Shown: positions 32,238-32,308 of the stretch, in pieces
Layout of the letters: each line of letters begins with the position of its first letter
How positions within the stretch are numbered: position 1 is the stretch's first letter
From: a virus
IMG/VR virus record: IMGVR_UViG_3300021254_000013
Span: 1 to 32,308 of that record
Direction: 5' to 3' (one strand)
Length of the DNA: 32,308 nt
Program-made: the position numbers and the translations under genes
Notes under the pieces: model-generated
What the model saw: the letters and a program-made list of their open reading frames with translations, nothing else
Told to the model about the DNA's origin: nothing
The model's database searches: none

Positions 32238-32308
32238 AGGTTAGGGCTTAACCACAAAGCCCTTCTTAATGTCGCCGAAGGCGGTCACAAGCCCGCAAAA
32301 AGACAGAG
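32182..32308. repeat. Terminal direct repeat, copy 2 (identical to 1..127)
   Basis: Same 127-nt string as 1..127. Confidence 0.95.

Larger units (their letters stand above)
1..32308. mobile_element. Complete temperate siphovirus-type phage genome, circularly closed contig (32,181 bp unique)
   Basis: Integrase plus CI/Cro switch, a full HK97-type head module, siphovirus tail module, replication and recombination modules, and an exact 127-bp repeat at both contig ends. Confidence 0.85.

Noticed and set aside
1-32308. Missing endolysin suggested a wall-less (Mollicutes-type) host with TGA read as Trp.
   Set aside because: TGA clearly functions as a stop here: many genes end in TGA, often in ATGA start/stop overlaps. 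No large gene needs TGA read-through, so genetic code 4 is not supported. A wall-less host using the standard code cannot be excluded from sequence alone.

Overview
The window is one complete, circularly closed genome of a temperate siphovirus-type phage. It has Firmicutes-style AGGAG ribosome-binding sites and uses TGA as a stop codon. Bases 1..127 are identical to 32182..32308, so the unique length is 32,181 bp. I read four transcription units. (1) A lysogeny unit on the + strand: CI-like repressor and tyrosine integrase (29817..31325), followed by terminators and an A-rich attP-like region. (2) A leftward early operon from a Cro-like gene (29670) to an intrinsic terminator at about 19245..19285. 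It holds a recombination module (Rad50/SbcC-like ATPase, RecT-like annealase, MBL-fold hydrolase), a replisome-organizer gene with an internal iteron origin, an ASCH protein and many ORFans. (3) A leftward late operon (18991..1961): HNH endonuclease, P27-type TerS, TerL, portal, HK97-type protease and capsid, connector and neck genes, major tail protein, G/GT chaperones with a resolved -1 frameshift, tape measure, Dit/Tal-like proteins, a BppU_N-like protein, a 953-aa tail fibre and a holin-like protein. I could not recognise an endolysin. (4) A rightward operon of nine small ORFan genes. It starts at a near-consensus promoter beside attP (31650), crosses the contig junction and ends at a bidirectional terminator (1896..1934). 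This moron-slot operon is my best candidate for an undescribed system. It includes a hyper-acidic 78-aa protein, a 28-32% GC Cys-rich insert and an RHH-like protein. All functional calls rest on motif and synteny recognition by eye. No homology search or folding was run.
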